A DNA stretch of 64,000 nucleotides from Candidatus Bathyarchaeota archaeon (GCA_963702095.1 OY969706.1:1600001-1664000), one strand, 5' to 3'; shown: positions 30,606 to 41,923, numbered from the stretch's first letter. Numbers and translations are program-made. The notes: a model not told the origin generated them from the sequence alone.

Positions 30606-32318
30606 GTGGGTTTTATTGATTACGCCTGGGCTGTTTCTCTGCAAAAAGACGACACCAAAGTCAAAATAATCCAGGATCCAACAATCTCCCAGCCACAGTT
30701 GCATGGCGACGAATTTGGCTTCACCATTAAACTGCCCCTTTTCCAAAAAACCGTGGACGGCAAAATCCTTTTTGAAGGCACCAAATTCAATCAAGACAAC
30801 ACTGGCAAATCTCTCTTAGGCAGGCTTTTTCGGGCGTCCGTCATGCATTTGACTGCACACACGATGGCGCCGTTTAGCAAAGACCGCATTGTGCCCTGCA
30901 GTAAAGACTCCATCGTTGACAACTATGCAAAACAGATAGTTAACGACGTGTATGTTAATGCGTTCATGCAGTCAAGCTTCGCCGACCGATTCGTAGACCT
31001 CGCATACGCCAACGTATTGTCCTACCAGAAAACCAAACCCAACGACCACATATTCACCGACTCCACAAAAGTCATGTCCTCGCTGCTCACCCAACTCAAC
31101 ATGGGTTCAGTGAAGCATTCACCGAGTGCAGAAGAAGGGCAGACAGTGGGCAAACTTGCCTTTGAGATGGCGGCGTTAAAAAAAACTTTTCTTAATCAAA
31201 TCGCTGGTGAAGCCGTCAAAGTGGACTCGGTTTTCGATGAGAAAGTCAAGTTCATCGTGGATATGTTGGAGCCGTTTGGACCGTTTTTGGAGGCGCCTTC
31301 ACTGCGTTACACTGAGAGCAGAGGCAACTGTAGCATCTACAGCGACTTGGAACCCGACGGCGACTATGCAGGTTTAGTGGTGCAGTCGCTTGAAGCATTG
31401 GGTGCCCAAGTGCCCAGTTTTGAGAGCATTGAGGAGTTGTGGCGTCCCGAACAGGAAGCCGAAGCCCTGCAGGCGTTTAACGCTGACTTCTACCAGAAGA
31501 TGCGTAACGAGAAAATCCTCTCCAGAATCAAACCTTACTTGGGCATAACCAAACTAAGAGGCGTCTCGTTTCCCGAAGAAGACTACACCCAGTACCTGCG
31601 AGCCCGCAACCTTGTACAGGGCACCAGCCGCAGAGTTTTGGACATTCTGCGTTCCGCCTACAACTACCTTGACGAGGAACCGCGTCAGGAAATGGGCATG
31701 TTGGATTTGGCGGCGGTTATCCAGTCGCTGGCGGCAAATAAGCCCGCTACTGACGTGTTTAATCTTGATGAGTATTTGCATCCGAGTTTTGCTTGGTCAC
31801 TGCTTATTGATGTGAGCAGCAGTATGCAGGTGAGAGGTGAATTTGGCAGGGCATTGGCAATTGCGATTGCTGAAGCAGCTCGCGAGTTAATGACTGACCC
31901 CACGTCATGGACTTTTTTTGGTTTCAGCGACCAACTCTACATTTTAAAAGACAGCAGCGAATCCTACTCTAAACGTGTCAGAGCCAGAATCGGCGGACTC
32001 CGTTTTGAAGGATTAACCTTTGTTCCCGACGCCATAACCATTGCAGGTAAAATGTTGGCTAAACGCTTCGAGGAGCAAAGGGTGCTTGTGGTGGTTTCCG
32101 ATGGGTGGCCTTATGGTTACGATGACATGTCGGTGGCGCTTAAAGAAACCGTGGATGACTTAGTCCGCAAAAACGTCATTGTGCTCGGTGTAGGCGTGGA
32201 AACCGAGCGTATGGGCAACTTTTTCCGTCTGCACTCATCGATTCATACCCCGAAAGACCTGGTTAAGAAATTCGCGACAACTTACGCCCATGCCTCCGAA
32301 AAAGCAATTGAATCCTAA
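30606..32318 (+). CDS. von Willebrand factor A domain protein (CbbO/NorD-like AAA adaptor)
   Basis: C-terminal MIDAS LLIDVSSSM, T, VVSDGWP. Confidence 0.88.
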   Translation: MGFIDYAWAVSLQKDDTKVKIIQDPTISQPQLHGDEFGFTIKLPLFQKTVDGKILFEGTKFNQDNTGKSLLGRLFRASVMHLTAHTMAPFSKDRIVPCSKDSIVDNYAKQIVNDVYVNAFMQSSFADRFVDLAYANVLSYQKTKPNDHIFTDSTKVMSSLLTQLNMGSVKHSPSAEEGQTVGKLAFEMAALKKTFLNQIAGEAVKVDSVFDEKVKFIVDMLEPFGPFLEAPSLRYTESRGNCSIYSDLEPDGDYAGLVVQSLEALGAQVPSFESIEELWRPEQEAEALQAFNADFYQKMRNEKILSRIKPYLGITKLRGVSFPEEDYTQYLRARNLVQGTSRRVLDILRSAYNYLDEEPRQEMGMLDLAAVIQSLAANKPATDVFNLDEYLHPSFAWSLLIDVSSSMQVRGEFGRALAIAIAEAARELMTDPTSWTFFGFSDQLYILKDSSESYSKRVRARIGGLRFEGLTFVPDAITIAGKMLAKRFEEQRVLVVVSDGWPYGYDDMSVALKETVDDLVRKNVIVLGVGVETERMGNFFRLHSSIHTPKDLVKKFATTYAHASEKAIES

Positions 32319-32378
32319 AAACCTCTGTGGCTCCGCCAACCCTAACGACCTTTGAGTAAGTTCTAGGTTTGTGTTCTC

Positions 32379-32608
32379 TCTTTGTGTGGGCGTGGCCTTT
32401 TGTGGGGCACCACAAGACGGCAATTGAAGGCAGCTGCTTTTTTGGGGCTGCAAGTTATTCACCACCCCACACACAGTGCATGGCTCCATGCAGAAGCCGC
32501 CGCCATGTGTGTGTGAACCCATGTATCATCTGCCTTCATAGCGTAGCAGCGAACAGCCACATCAGCGCAATACAGGCGGGCACCAACATAGCCCTCACAA
32601 CCTCAGCC
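32379..32608 (+). repeat. Repeat family A, copy 3; right arm of perfect 230-bp inverted repeat
   Basis: Exact reverse complement of 28842-29071. Confidence 0.95.
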
Positions 32609-33060
32609 AAACCCACCCTGCCTACTCCACAAATCAAGCCCACTGCCACGCGAAAAGCCCAGTCAAAGCAACGCCACCTCAACATCATGCGGCGTCATAG
32701 TCAACCCCTCATGGCACTAGATAACGATTTGTTGTAGGTGACTTCGATTTTATTTCCGTAAAGCGCTAGGGATTTTTGGTTTCACCGAGGAGAAAATCTG
32801 CCTGAAAGAAAAGAGTGCGGTTAAAACGTGTTGGGCGTGTGGTTTTTGACAAACGGTTCTGTGCGTGCGGAATGGTCATACAGTAAACCATATTGGAAGC
32901 AACAATATAGGCGTTTGTTTAATGTTTTTGCAACTATTAGCGTTTAATAATTAGGTTATTTTGGATATGAATTGTAGATTCAGATTGCCCCTTCATAAGC
33001 ATATTATATATTCTGTGTCTAAATTGGGATGCATACCCCCACATCAAGGTTGAAAATTAA

Positions 33061-33936
33061 ATGGCACTTGCAATGGAAAACGTGATGAAAGTCTACAACA
33101 AGCAAAACGACCAATACAAACTAGTAAAGCAGGATCAAACAGTAACCAAACACCTCAGCACAATCGAAGAAACGCTGGCAAGGTTCGGCTTGCTTAAAAA
33201 CGAAATCAAAGTCTACCTCTACCTCGCCCGTGCAGGCGAAAAGAAAGCCGGCGAAATCGCCGAAGCCATAGCACTACACCGCACAGAAACCTACCGCATA
33301 CTCCGCGACCTAGAAAAGAAAGGCATAGTTTTTAGCATATTTGAGAAACCGCTCAAATTCACCGCAGTCGACCTCGACAAAGCAATCGACCTCTTAGTGG
33401 ACGCGCAGAAAATCAGGATAAAACTCCTTGAACAGGAAAAGCCAAGCCTCGTCGAACTCTGGCAGAGCATGCCCATGGCAAAAGCGGAAGCAGCCAAAAA
33501 AGAGCTATTCCAAATGCTAGAAGGCGAACAACAAGTCCTCATGAAAGCCAATGAACTCTTGGAGCGCAGCACAGAGCGCTTCCAGATATACGCCAACGCA
33601 GACTACTTCAGCGAACTCTACTACAGCGACTTCAGCGACAAACTCAAAGCGCAGGCACGCAAGGTAGAAGTCACCGTTGTCACCGATAACTCTTTGAAAA
33701 GCGCCTATTTCCTTGGGCAAATGACTTGGCTAGATGGTAATCACCGTGTAGCTGAACCCCAAAACCTACCCTGCTTCATGGTGGCGGACAACAAAGAAGT
33801 CCTCATCGCATTCCACGAGCGAGCCTCAGAGGGTGATGATGGAAAGAAAAAGTTCCGCACCGCCGCAATCTGGACCAACTACCAAGCGCTCGTCAACACT
33901 TTGCAGACGCTTTTCTCTAAGCTGCTGCAACCCTAA
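33061..33936 (+). CDS. TrmB-family transcriptional regulator
   Basis: L..FGL..NE.KVYLYL...G...A.EIA......R.ETY.IL..LEKKG.V......P..F.A. Confidence 0.9.
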   Translation: MALAMENVMKVYNKQNDQYKLVKQDQTVTKHLSTIEETLARFGLLKNEIKVYLYLARAGEKKAGEIAEAIALHRTETYRILRDLEKKGIVFSIFEKPLKFTAVDLDKAIDLLVDAQKIRIKLLEQEKPSLVELWQSMPMAKAEAAKKELFQMLEGEQQVLMKANELLERSTERFQIYANADYFSELYYSDFSDKLKAQARKVEVTVVTDNSLKSAYFLGQMTWLDGNHRVAEPQNLPCFMVADNKEVLIAFHERASEGDDGKKKFRTAAIWTNYQALVNTLQTLFSKLLQP

Positions 33937-35288
33937 GTTTTTTGTATTCTTCTTTTTCGCCAAATTATCAAAAGAACAAGCGCCAATGCCAAAGACGTCA
34001 CAACCGCCAACAACGGAGCCACTAGAGGCGAATTGAAGATGCCACCGGTTGCTGGGGCGTCGAATTTTAGGATGAGCCAGTCGTAGGTGGCTTTGCCGGT
34101 GAGTTCGGGGTGGTTGGGCGGGTCAGTCCAGCCTGTTAGGACATACTGGTTGCCGCCGACGTCTACTACGCTGTAGGCTTCCTGGTATTCTTTGTCGCCG
34201 TAGGTGCAGCTAAAAACCACTTCGCCGGTGCCTGTGAGTTTAGTTAGCCAGAAGTCGCGGTTGCCTGCGCCGTAGGAGAAAGTGAAGCCCGCGAGGAGGT
34301 AGCCGCCATCTTGGGTGGGGGTGACATATGAGGGGGAGTCTGCTTGTGATCCGCCGACCTGCTGGCGCCATACCATTTGGCCGTCGGTGTCGACTTTGAC
34401 TGCAAGGGCGTCGGTTGAGGTCTGCGGTGAAGTCACATCGCCCACGAGTACATAGCCGCCGTCGGACGCCTTGGTTATGGAGTAGGCTTTTTGGCTTTGG
34501 CTGCCGCCGTAGGTTTGGTTCCAAACTACGTCTCCGTCGGAGGCGACTTTGTAGAGGCAAAAGACGTAGCTGCCTGTGCTATGTGGGTCTTGGTAGCCGG
34601 CGACGACACAGCCATCGTCAGCTACAACTGCTGAGCGCAGGGTGGTGTCTTCGCCTTGTCCGTAAATGTGGTTCCAAACCATGGTGCCGTCGCCTTCAAG
34701 TTTGATAACCCACCCCGCCGCCGTGCCATCGCCATAGCTGTAGGTTAAGCCGTAAACGTAGAAGTCGCCGTCGTTGGCTACGACGCCTCCGAAGAGTTTG
34801 TCTATACTGGCGCCACCCCTAAAAGTTTGCCAAACTATGTTGCCTTCGAGGTCGGTTCGGGCGATGTATCCGTCGATGTCACCTGTAGACTGGAATACAT
34901 TGCCCACGAGGAGGTAGCCGTCGGTTAAGTTGGCGGCATAGCGGATTTCGGTTCCCACAGCCGTGTGGTAGAGGTAGGTTTGGTTCCAAAGCATGTTGCC
35001 TTCGCTATCGAGCTTAAGTGCCCATCCGACTGTGGTGTTGTTTATTATGGAGCAGCTGGAACCCACTGCCAAAAAGCCATCGTCGACGGGCAGCAAATAG
35101 AAAGCACGGTCGTCCGCTGCTCCGCCGTAGGTTTTCGCCCAAACCGCTTCCGCTGAGGCTACGTTGACTGAGACGCCGTTTTCAACGTCAAGGTACGGCG
35201 AAGTCTGCGCGGTGGTGGTGACGATGGTTAGAACTATGGAGAGGACCAGTAATGCGATGATTGCTTTGGCGGTGAGGGATTTTATCAT
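33933..35288 (-). CDS. Secreted beta-propeller-repeat surface protein with C-terminal TM anchor
   Basis: Repeated W..TYGG...D / L.K.D..G...W units; signal peptide and TM-RKRR tail. Confidence 0.8.
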   Translation of the reverse strand: MIKSLTAKAIIALLVLSIVLTIVTTTAQTSPYLDVENGVSVNVASAEAVWAKTYGGAADDRAFYLLPVDDGFLAVGSSCSIINNTTVGWALKLDSEGNMLWNQTYLYHTAVGTEIRYAANLTDGYLLVGNVFQSTGDIDGYIARTDLEGNIVWQTFRGGASIDKLFGGVVANDGDFYVYGLTYSYGDGTAAGWVIKLEGDGTMVWNHIYGQGEDTTLRSAVVADDGCVVAGYQDPHSTGSYVFCLYKVASDGDVVWNQTYGGSQSQKAYSITKASDGGYVLVGDVTSPQTSTDALAVKVDTDGQMVWRQQVGGSQADSPSYVTPTQDGGYLLAGFTFSYGAGNRDFWLTKLTGTGEVVFSCTYGDKEYQEAYSVVDVGGNQYVLTGWTDPPNHPELTGKATYDWLILKFDAPATGGIFNSPLVAPLLAVVTSLALALVLLIIWRKRRIQKT

Positions 35289-35325
35289 TGTCTGCTGCCT
35301 CTATATTCGGTTTTGCAGTCTTTTA

Positions 35326-36081
35326 TTATGTGTGATTGCAGGTGAGCGAGGCGTCCACGGTTATGCCCCGTGTGTCGAGGCACTGCACTGAAACTGGGAG
35401 CGACTCATTTTGCAAGCCCGTCTCCGCATTGAATGTCACCGCATAGGAGCCGTCGCCGTGGTCTACGACGCTGGCGTCCGCCGGGACCCATTCAGCGCCG
35501 TTTTGATAGTTGAAACTGAAGTTCTGTGCCAAAGCCGGCGCCCCCTCGTTAATGACATTAACTGTTAAGCTGACCATCTTTGTTTCGTTCTGCTGGGTGT
35601 AGCTTCCGCTTGTGTGTATTGCAGAGGACACGTTTAGGTTGTATTGGATGCTGCTGGACTGTGTGGGATTCGATGAGGAGAAAGCAAAGCTAACGGCGGC
35701 GCTTGAGACTCCTACGCCGCTGCTGCCATGGCTGATCCAGAGTCCCTGTGTGTAGGGCGCCACGTTTGAGGCTGCGTAATCCAATGCGACCATGGCTTGA
35801 TACGAATGCACCGTAATGGCTGCCTTTAACTCTGAGAGGTCTTGGGCTAAAACCTCTGTGCTGCCGCCGCCAGAGGCATTCGCTAACGCGCTGACCAATG
35901 TGTTCCATGCGGTTTGGCGGTAACCGTCAAAGAAGCTGTTTCCGTCGATGTCGGCTTTTGGCACCTTCTTTTGGAGGTCGATGACGAAGATAGCTGTCGA
36001 CAGCAAGAGTACAGCCACCAGTAACCCGGTGACTACGATGACTTGGCCGCGTTGGTTGCTTCTGAAACTGCGCTGATTCAT
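35326..36081 (-). CDS. Pilin-like protein (class III signal peptide)
   Basis: MNQRSFRSNQRG|QVIVVTGLLVAVLLL. Confidence 0.8.
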   Translation of the reverse strand: MNQRSFRSNQRGQVIVVTGLLVAVLLLSTAIFVIDLQKKVPKADIDGNSFFDGYRQTAWNTLVSALANASGGGSTEVLAQDLSELKAAITVHSYQAMVALDYAASNVAPYTQGLWISHGSSGVGVSSAAVSFAFSSSNPTQSSSIQYNLNVSSAIHTSGSYTQQNETKMVSLTVNVINEGAPALAQNFSFNYQNGAEWVPADASVVDHGDGSYAVTFNAETGLQNESLPVSVQCLDTRGITVDASLTCNHT

Positions 36082-36083
36082 GG

Positions 36084-36512
36084 CTAATTCACCACTGCCA
36101 ACTGGAGCTGAAGCACATACACTGTGAAGGCGCTGTTTTGGCTGGCGCAAACATATGTTAAGGAGTTGATTTGGTCGCTGACTGCGCCGCCGTTACATAT
36201 GGGGTAACTGTTGAGCACCTGCATGTCTTGGGTGTAGACGGTTAAGTTAAACCACATGGTAAGGGGCACGGCGATTTCTAAACTGTTTTGCAATCCAGTC
36301 CAGTCACGGTTGTCGATTAACTGTGAGAGGTGGCCGTTGCCGTCGAGGCTTAAGAGTATGTTTTCTGCTTTTGAGGACAAATCTACAGGGGAAACTGCAC
36401 TGGTTTGCTGTGTGGGAATAAGCATTAAACAGGAGAGCACAAGCATAGACGCAAAGAACGCTTCGATAACCCGCACCATACCCCTCTTATTACCCAGAAA
36501 CCGCTTCATCAA
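36084..36512 (-). CDS. Minor pilin-like protein (class III signal peptide)
   Basis: NKRG|MVRVIEAFFASMLVL. Confidence 0.8.
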   Translation of the reverse strand: MMKRFLGNKRGMVRVIEAFFASMLVLSCLMLIPTQQTSAVSPVDLSSKAENILLSLDGNGHLSQLIDNRDWTGLQNSLEIAVPLTMWFNLTVYTQDMQVLNSYPICNGGAVSDQINSLTYVCASQNSAFTVYVLQLQLAVVN

Positions 36513-37540
36513 GCAATAGCTCCTAAACTTACATCCAGCTTATAGAGGACGCCATTGATGGTCACCATGTAACTGTAGACATTGCGTTCGGAACCGCTGA
36601 AGCTGGAGCCTGCCTGAAGAGGAACCTGCGGGTAAGCAGTCCAAGCCACAAAGCCGCCGTCGCCATCTTGCCCACAAGCCACCAGCACAAAGGGGCTACT
36701 GTCCAGCAACCTCGGAATCGCATATTCAGAGGCACCAGATGAAGACAGCGGCTTTTGGTATTGGTAAGATAGCACGTAAGCATCTTGGATACTAACTCCC
36801 TCGGAGCTGTTATAATGCAATGTGTAATCCAGTGGGTAAAGCGCCAATTCATCGGTGCTTGGACTGTACTGTTGTGATGAATTTGCCAAGTTGTAGATTG
36901 AGTAGGAAGTGACGCGTTCATCGAAGCTTGCCCTTGAGAAAACCGCCATTAAGGGGTTGCTTTGGCTGCTTGGGTAAGTAACTGTTAAGTGGCCGCTGCC
37001 TGACTCAACGGATGCCTCGAAGCTGCCCAAGTAATCATCTGCAACTATGTATCCGTGTAACTCTGAGGTGACGGGTTTTAGGTCAACCGTTGTTAAAACA
37101 TCAAAGTTAACCCATGTTGTGCCGCCGACTGTACTGTTGCTTGTCTGGATGAGGCTAACAGCCATAACCTGTGAAACCGACACTCCCAAAGCAACATTGT
37201 CTAGTTTGGACGCAGTAGCCAATTCAAGATGGGACAACGAATAATTGTTTAGTCTGTTTAACCGGCTGATTTTGTCCACATCTAAAATGTAGCTGCCTAC
37301 TGAGTTGGCTGAAGCTAAACCCAGATCCGCCGGAGCCACCTCGCGTGTACCCCAATCCGCTGGGGAACCGGGGCTTGCCACTATGCGGTCAGCTATGGCT
37401 TTTAAGTAACTGCCTTTGTTGACATCTGCTGTGCCTTGGATTTGAGCCTGCAATGTAGTGCCTAAGCAAGCCGTGGCGATTAGAGCCGCCGCTACGATGA
37501 TGGTGCAGGCAAAGAAGGTGTCAAAGGCAGTGGACGGCAG
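36509..37540 (-). CDS. Pilus-associated membrane-anchored protein (probable CTG start)
   Basis: Frame stays open 29 codons upstream of the listed start (xPSTAFDTFFACTIIVAAALIA, hydrophobic) to a CTG directly after the upstream TAA. Confidence 0.75.
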   Translation of the reverse strand: MPSTAFDTFFACTIIVAAALIATACLGTTLQAQIQGTADVNKGSYLKAIADRIVASPGSPADWGTREVAPADLGLASANSVGSYILDVDKISRLNRLNNYSLSHLELATASKLDNVALGVSVSQVMAVSLIQTSNSTVGGTTWVNFDVLTTVDLKPVTSELHGYIVADDYLGSFEASVESGSGHLTVTYPSSQSNPLMAVFSRASFDERVTSYSIYNLANSSQQYSPSTDELALYPLDYTLHYNSSEGVSIQDAYVLSYQYQKPLSSSGASEYAIPRLLDSSPFVLVACGQDGDGGFVAWTAYPQVPLQAGSSFSGSERNVYSYMVTINGVLYKLDVSLGAIA

Positions 37541-39055
37541 TTATGTGAACGCTCCCGGCTTTATTATGGTGAATGTTCCCTGCAGTAGGTACTGGGAAAG
37601 CAGCAGTGACAGATACGCTGTTAAGGCTAGCATAGCAGAGATGCTGAAGCCAGCCCCAAAGTTTCCTTCGCTGATTTTACCGATGAAGAACCCTGAAATC
37701 CAGCATTGAATGATGATGCCGACTGAGAAAATCTTTAGTTGGTCCGTCATCGCCATCGTAGCTATGGTGCTGAGTTCCGAGCTTACGACGCCAGTCATCA
37801 TTGTGGTGGTTAAGGCAACTATGGTTGTTGTTACAGCGATAAGAACGCTCCATATGAAAGCCAAAAGAATATAGGGCTTAAGCAGTGTGCGGCGGTTAAC
37901 TTGCAATTCACGTTCTTTTTCGCTGTATTCAGAGAGGATCTCAAGGGACTGTATAGAGTTGCCGCCGATTTCAAGAGTTTCCACCATCATAGCGAAGTTA
38001 ACTATGACAAACCAGCTTCGAATTTCCTTTTTCAAGTTATCAAAAGTTTTCCGCAGCGGGATACCCCACTCTATTTGGCTTCTAATCAATACCAAGAACT
38101 TGGAGAAGGGACCGTAGTCTTTTCGTTTAGTAGCCTGAACTATGCTTTTTTCAGGGGACAACCCTGTCTTCTGTGACTCTGTAATATCGCGGATGAAACT
38201 GGGGATGGCTTCCTCAGCGTTGTAGTTGATTTTTGCAATCGTGTAATATTGCAGGGCAAGCGGCACTGATGCACCAACCAACGCTATCGTGGCGACTTCA
38301 GGCAACCCCAGCGGGCTTATAGCCTCTTTCAGCGACGGAACTAACCCAAAGACAGCTATTACCGCGATCGCTGGAATGATAAAGACGAGGGCTTTTTTGT
38401 AGAGGTCTTTTAAGTCCGGGAAAGCGCTTTTCTGCATGTTATGAGCCATCATAATAAAAATGCAAGACATAACCGGCATGACTATGAAAGCAATCAAATA
38501 TGACATGTAAGGCGAAATCCCAATTGAGCTGCCGCCCATAAGATCCATAATACTAGAAGACGAAAACACAACAAACAAGATGTAAGTACATAATACGACA
38601 ATCAGCATAACCGAGTAAGCTTCAACTAAAGCGGCAATCTTTTCGATAGAGCGGTTAAGGTTAATATAACGCAGCTCAAAGATGGATTTTAATTGGCTTT
38701 TCATATAATCAGCCAGTTTACCGCCACTACGCACCGAAGAAACGAAGCCGCCTAAAAAGTTCCTATACAACTTCGAATTAGTAACTTCCGAACGTTGATA
38801 CATAACAGTCAAAGGGTCTTTGCCCAAAACCTCAACTTGGCGGACAACCTCATCTGCCTCCTTCTTAAACACAGATAAAAAAGTAAGCTTACGCATTTTC
38901 TTCCAGCAATCATACGGCGAAATTCCACTGGCTGCCATAAGAGTAAAAATCATCACAGCAAAAGGTAATTCCGCGTCGGTTTTTTCCCGTTCTTCACTCG
39001 CGGCCTTGTTCACTAAACCGATAACTTTGCCAAGGGAACCACTAGATGCCTTCAT
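37541..39055 (-). CDS. Type II secretion F / TadC-FlaJ platform membrane protein (two F domains)
   Basis: ELPFA...AASG.SP; SGG.L.DY; IPSFIRDI.E..KTGLSPE; YGPFS; GKISEG. Confidence 0.9.
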   Translation of the reverse strand: MKASSGSLGKVIGLVNKAASEEREKTDAELPFAVMIFTLMAASGISPYDCWKKMRKLTFLSVFKKEADEVVRQVEVLGKDPLTVMYQRSEVTNSKLYRNFLGGFVSSVRSGGKLADYMKSQLKSIFELRYINLNRSIEKIAALVEAYSVMLIVVLCTYILFVVFSSSSIMDLMGGSSIGISPYMSYLIAFIVMPVMSCIFIMMAHNMQKSAFPDLKDLYKKALVFIIPAIAVIAVFGLVPSLKEAISPLGLPEVATIALVGASVPLALQYYTIAKINYNAEEAIPSFIRDITESQKTGLSPEKSIVQATKRKDYGPFSKFLVLIRSQIEWGIPLRKTFDNLKKEIRSWFVIVNFAMMVETLEIGGNSIQSLEILSEYSEKERELQVNRRTLLKPYILLAFIWSVLIAVTTTIVALTTTMMTGVVSSELSTIATMAMTDQLKIFSVGIIIQCWISGFFIGKISEGNFGAGFSISAMLALTAYLSLLLSQYLLQGTFTIIKPGAFT

Positions 39056-40643
39056 TTACTTTGCCTCTGGTTTACCTGCAATGCCCTCAACAGCTAGAGA
39101 ACTGTTTAGCGCTTTGTGGACACTTCGGAAGTCCCGCAGGTTCTGTTCGACCATGCTTAACAATATTTTTTTTCGGCGCTCAAACTCCTGGTTTACCACG
39201 CCTACGGGAACGTCTGCAGCTTTAGCGATTTTATTAAAGAGATAGCTTTTGTCTATGTGGCTTTGGAAAGTATCAGAGGTCATGTTCCAAGTGAAGACTT
39301 CTTGGGAAACTCCAAGGTTGTCGATTTCAGCTACTTTAGTGAACTTGCGTCTTGAGCCTTTGTCATGAGAGTTGAAACCTAGGCTTTTTACCTGTTTTAC
39401 TACAATTACGCAGTTCATAAGCGAGAGAATGTTTTGTGGGATATTCATGGGCGGTTGAGTTAATCGTTTAATTACGGTTTCTACGTCATCAGCGTGCATA
39501 GTGCATAAGCCACCATGGCCAGTTGCCAGCGCCTGAAAAAGCACGTAGGCTTCTTCACCTCTGATTTCACCTACCAGAATCAATGCGGGCCGATGTCGTA
39601 CCGCAGACTTGATTAGGTCGTAGAGGGTGACTTCGCCTTCACTGTCCCCCCCGAAACCGATTCGGGCGATGGTTGAAACCCAGTTTTCCTGGGGAAGATT
39701 AATTTCCTGTACTTCTTCCACTGAGATCATTTTGAAATCAGGGCGCACCAAACAGGCGATGGCGTTTAATGCTGTTGTTTTTCCAGCGCCTGTGGGTCCA
39801 ACTACCATGACGGACATTTTGTTTTCCATAAGCATCCAAAGATAAGCACCAATGGATTCATCGATGGTTTCATTCATGATCAAATCTACAAGGGTCAAGG
39901 GGTCCTCCTTGAACTTTCGGATAGTAAAGCTAGTCCCCAGCAGGTGTAGTTTCTTTGCCAAAAGACACTGCCAACCTATGTTTCCCCGGCAGCGTCAAGT
40001 CAACTATTGGATGAGCGATGCTTACGTGTTTGCCCATGCGATGCACAATACGAGTTATGAAATCATCAAGTTCTTCTTCATCAGTGAAAATGATATTGGT
40101 GCGTACACTGGAATATTTTCGGTGATAAATATAGACTGGCTTGCCTAGTCCCAGGCAGCTTATGTCTTCGATAAAGGGGTCTTTTATGAGACCATCGATT
40201 TTGCCATAGCCGATTAAGGCCTTTTCTATGTAGTGGGTGATTTTTTTAATACCAATCTGATTAATTCCATTATAGACATCTTTGTGTGCTTCTAAGATTG
40301 CTGGCAACTGCCTATGGAAAGATTCTTCGAGCGATTCGTCAATTCGAGGAGCCTTTAGTTCAAACTCTAATATGTTGATAAGTCGCTTGTAAGATTCCCG
40401 CTCATTCCTTGTCAGAGGCAACTCGTCAACCACGTAGAAGTAGCTGCCCTCTGAGTCATCTTGGAAAACCCAAGCGTAAGAAAAAGGCGGATTAAGCGGG
40501 TAACTTTCCACTTGAGTGTAGCCTTCAGGCACCTGATAGCCCTGAATACCCAAGTACGCTACCAATTCTTCGTCAGGAGTTTCTTGTTTAAGCGGTACTT
40601 CTTCTTTCTTCTTTTTTCCAAGCTTTGGCATCTTATCAGTCAC
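39056..40643 (-). CDS. Type IV pilus assembly ATPase (VirB11/FlaI family), frameshift near 39935
   Basis: GYGKID.LI.DP.IEDISC; (G)TSFTIRKF; GPTGAGKTT; VGEIRG.EA; TGHGG.CT.HA. Confidence 0.92.
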
Positions 40644-41082
40644 CCATCGTTAACCTTAAAGTTGCAACCTGATTTTCGAAACTACACACAAGCATCGCTC
40701 TACCTGAACCGCTAACAAAATAGCCAGATGCAGCCACTTCAGCAGGCATCGCTATACGAATATCAGTGGCGCTAGGGTTTATACCGAAACCCGATTGTAC
40801 AACTCCACCTCCAGAATCATTTGCAATTTGCACCCAGAATCTCTGATTACCGACTGTTGCAGGGATTTCGAGGAATTGCGTTCGATTTAAGTCCGCCTGC
40901 GTAGTGTGTGAGAGTAAAGCCAAACCCTGCGTTGCCACATACTCGTCGATATTACTTAATTGACGGCGCATTGCTTGATCCTGCATACCCATGGTGGCTA
41001 AACTGCAGCTATATACTATAATAGAGCCGACAACGAGCGCAGCAAACAGCGAATACACATAGCTTGGAATGATTGAGGGCAT
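40636..41082 (-). CDS. Pilus-associated small membrane-anchored protein
   Basis: N-terminal TM, beta-rich; translationally coupled (TAA-ATG) within the operon. Confidence 0.75.
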   Translation of the reverse strand: MPSIIPSYVYSLFAALVVGSIIVYSCSLATMGMQDQAMRRQLSNIDEYVATQGLALLSHTTQADLNRTQFLEIPATVGNQRFWVQIANDSGGGVVQSGFGINPSATDIRIAMPAEVAASGYFVSGSGRAMLVCSFENQVATLRLTMGD

Positions 41083-41923
41083 TTATCTAAGCCACCTCTC
41101 AATTGTAATATTACAAACTACGATTTCGACATTGACTGCAGCGCCAGCTGTTGTGGTTAAAATAGGGACAGAAACATGCCCGACATTACCGTTCAATGTT
41201 GAAGTAATCACTAAATTCTCTGTCTCGGAACTAACAATGCACTTTTGAGAAGTAAACTGAGTATCAGTGCATGATATTCTAAGTGGAAGGCTGCCCTGAA
41301 GCGCGATAGACTGGGAGGAATTTAAGTTAACGACAAAGATGCGAATGTTGTTTACCCTGCGGCTATCTTCCAAACCCGTAGAGACATACGAAACGGCAGG
41401 ACGGAAACGTAACTGAATCTCAGGATGTTCAACCCCATTTTCTATACAGAGTTGACTGATTGAGGCGCCACTTTGACTGGTTATTGTTGCGCTGTCGCCT
41501 TTGAGGAAGAGACCAGTCTGGGATGACCCGGAATAGGGAAGTTCAAAAACGACCTGACCGATTGAACCGTTAAAGATTGTTTCTTCAACTGCTAATGAGT
41601 CGTTTATGATTATCGTCAAGACATTACTGGAAGGTTGGATACGGATTAAACCACCTGCATCAGAAAAGTCATAGGTGCATGAAGAGCCAGGCTGCCACAA
41701 GGTTGAATGAACTGCATCGTCTAGGCCAACCATATTTTGTTTCGGCCGTGGAAACTTTGAGTACTTGACCTTGAGCACTTATCTTTTCAACAGAAAAGTA
41801 GTAAGTGAAGGCAACGATGCCGAGTGTGGATACGAAGAGGATCAAGAAGGTTACGGGCAGAGCAACGGCTAGTTTAGAACGGGTAAACTTCTTTAGGTGA
41901 TAATTTTTAAACTTGGTCATCAA
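41083..41923 (-). CDS. Pilin-like protein (frameshift near 41745)
   Basis: TRSKLA|VALPVTFLILFVSTLGIV joins KQNMVGLDD by removing one C. Confidence 0.75.
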
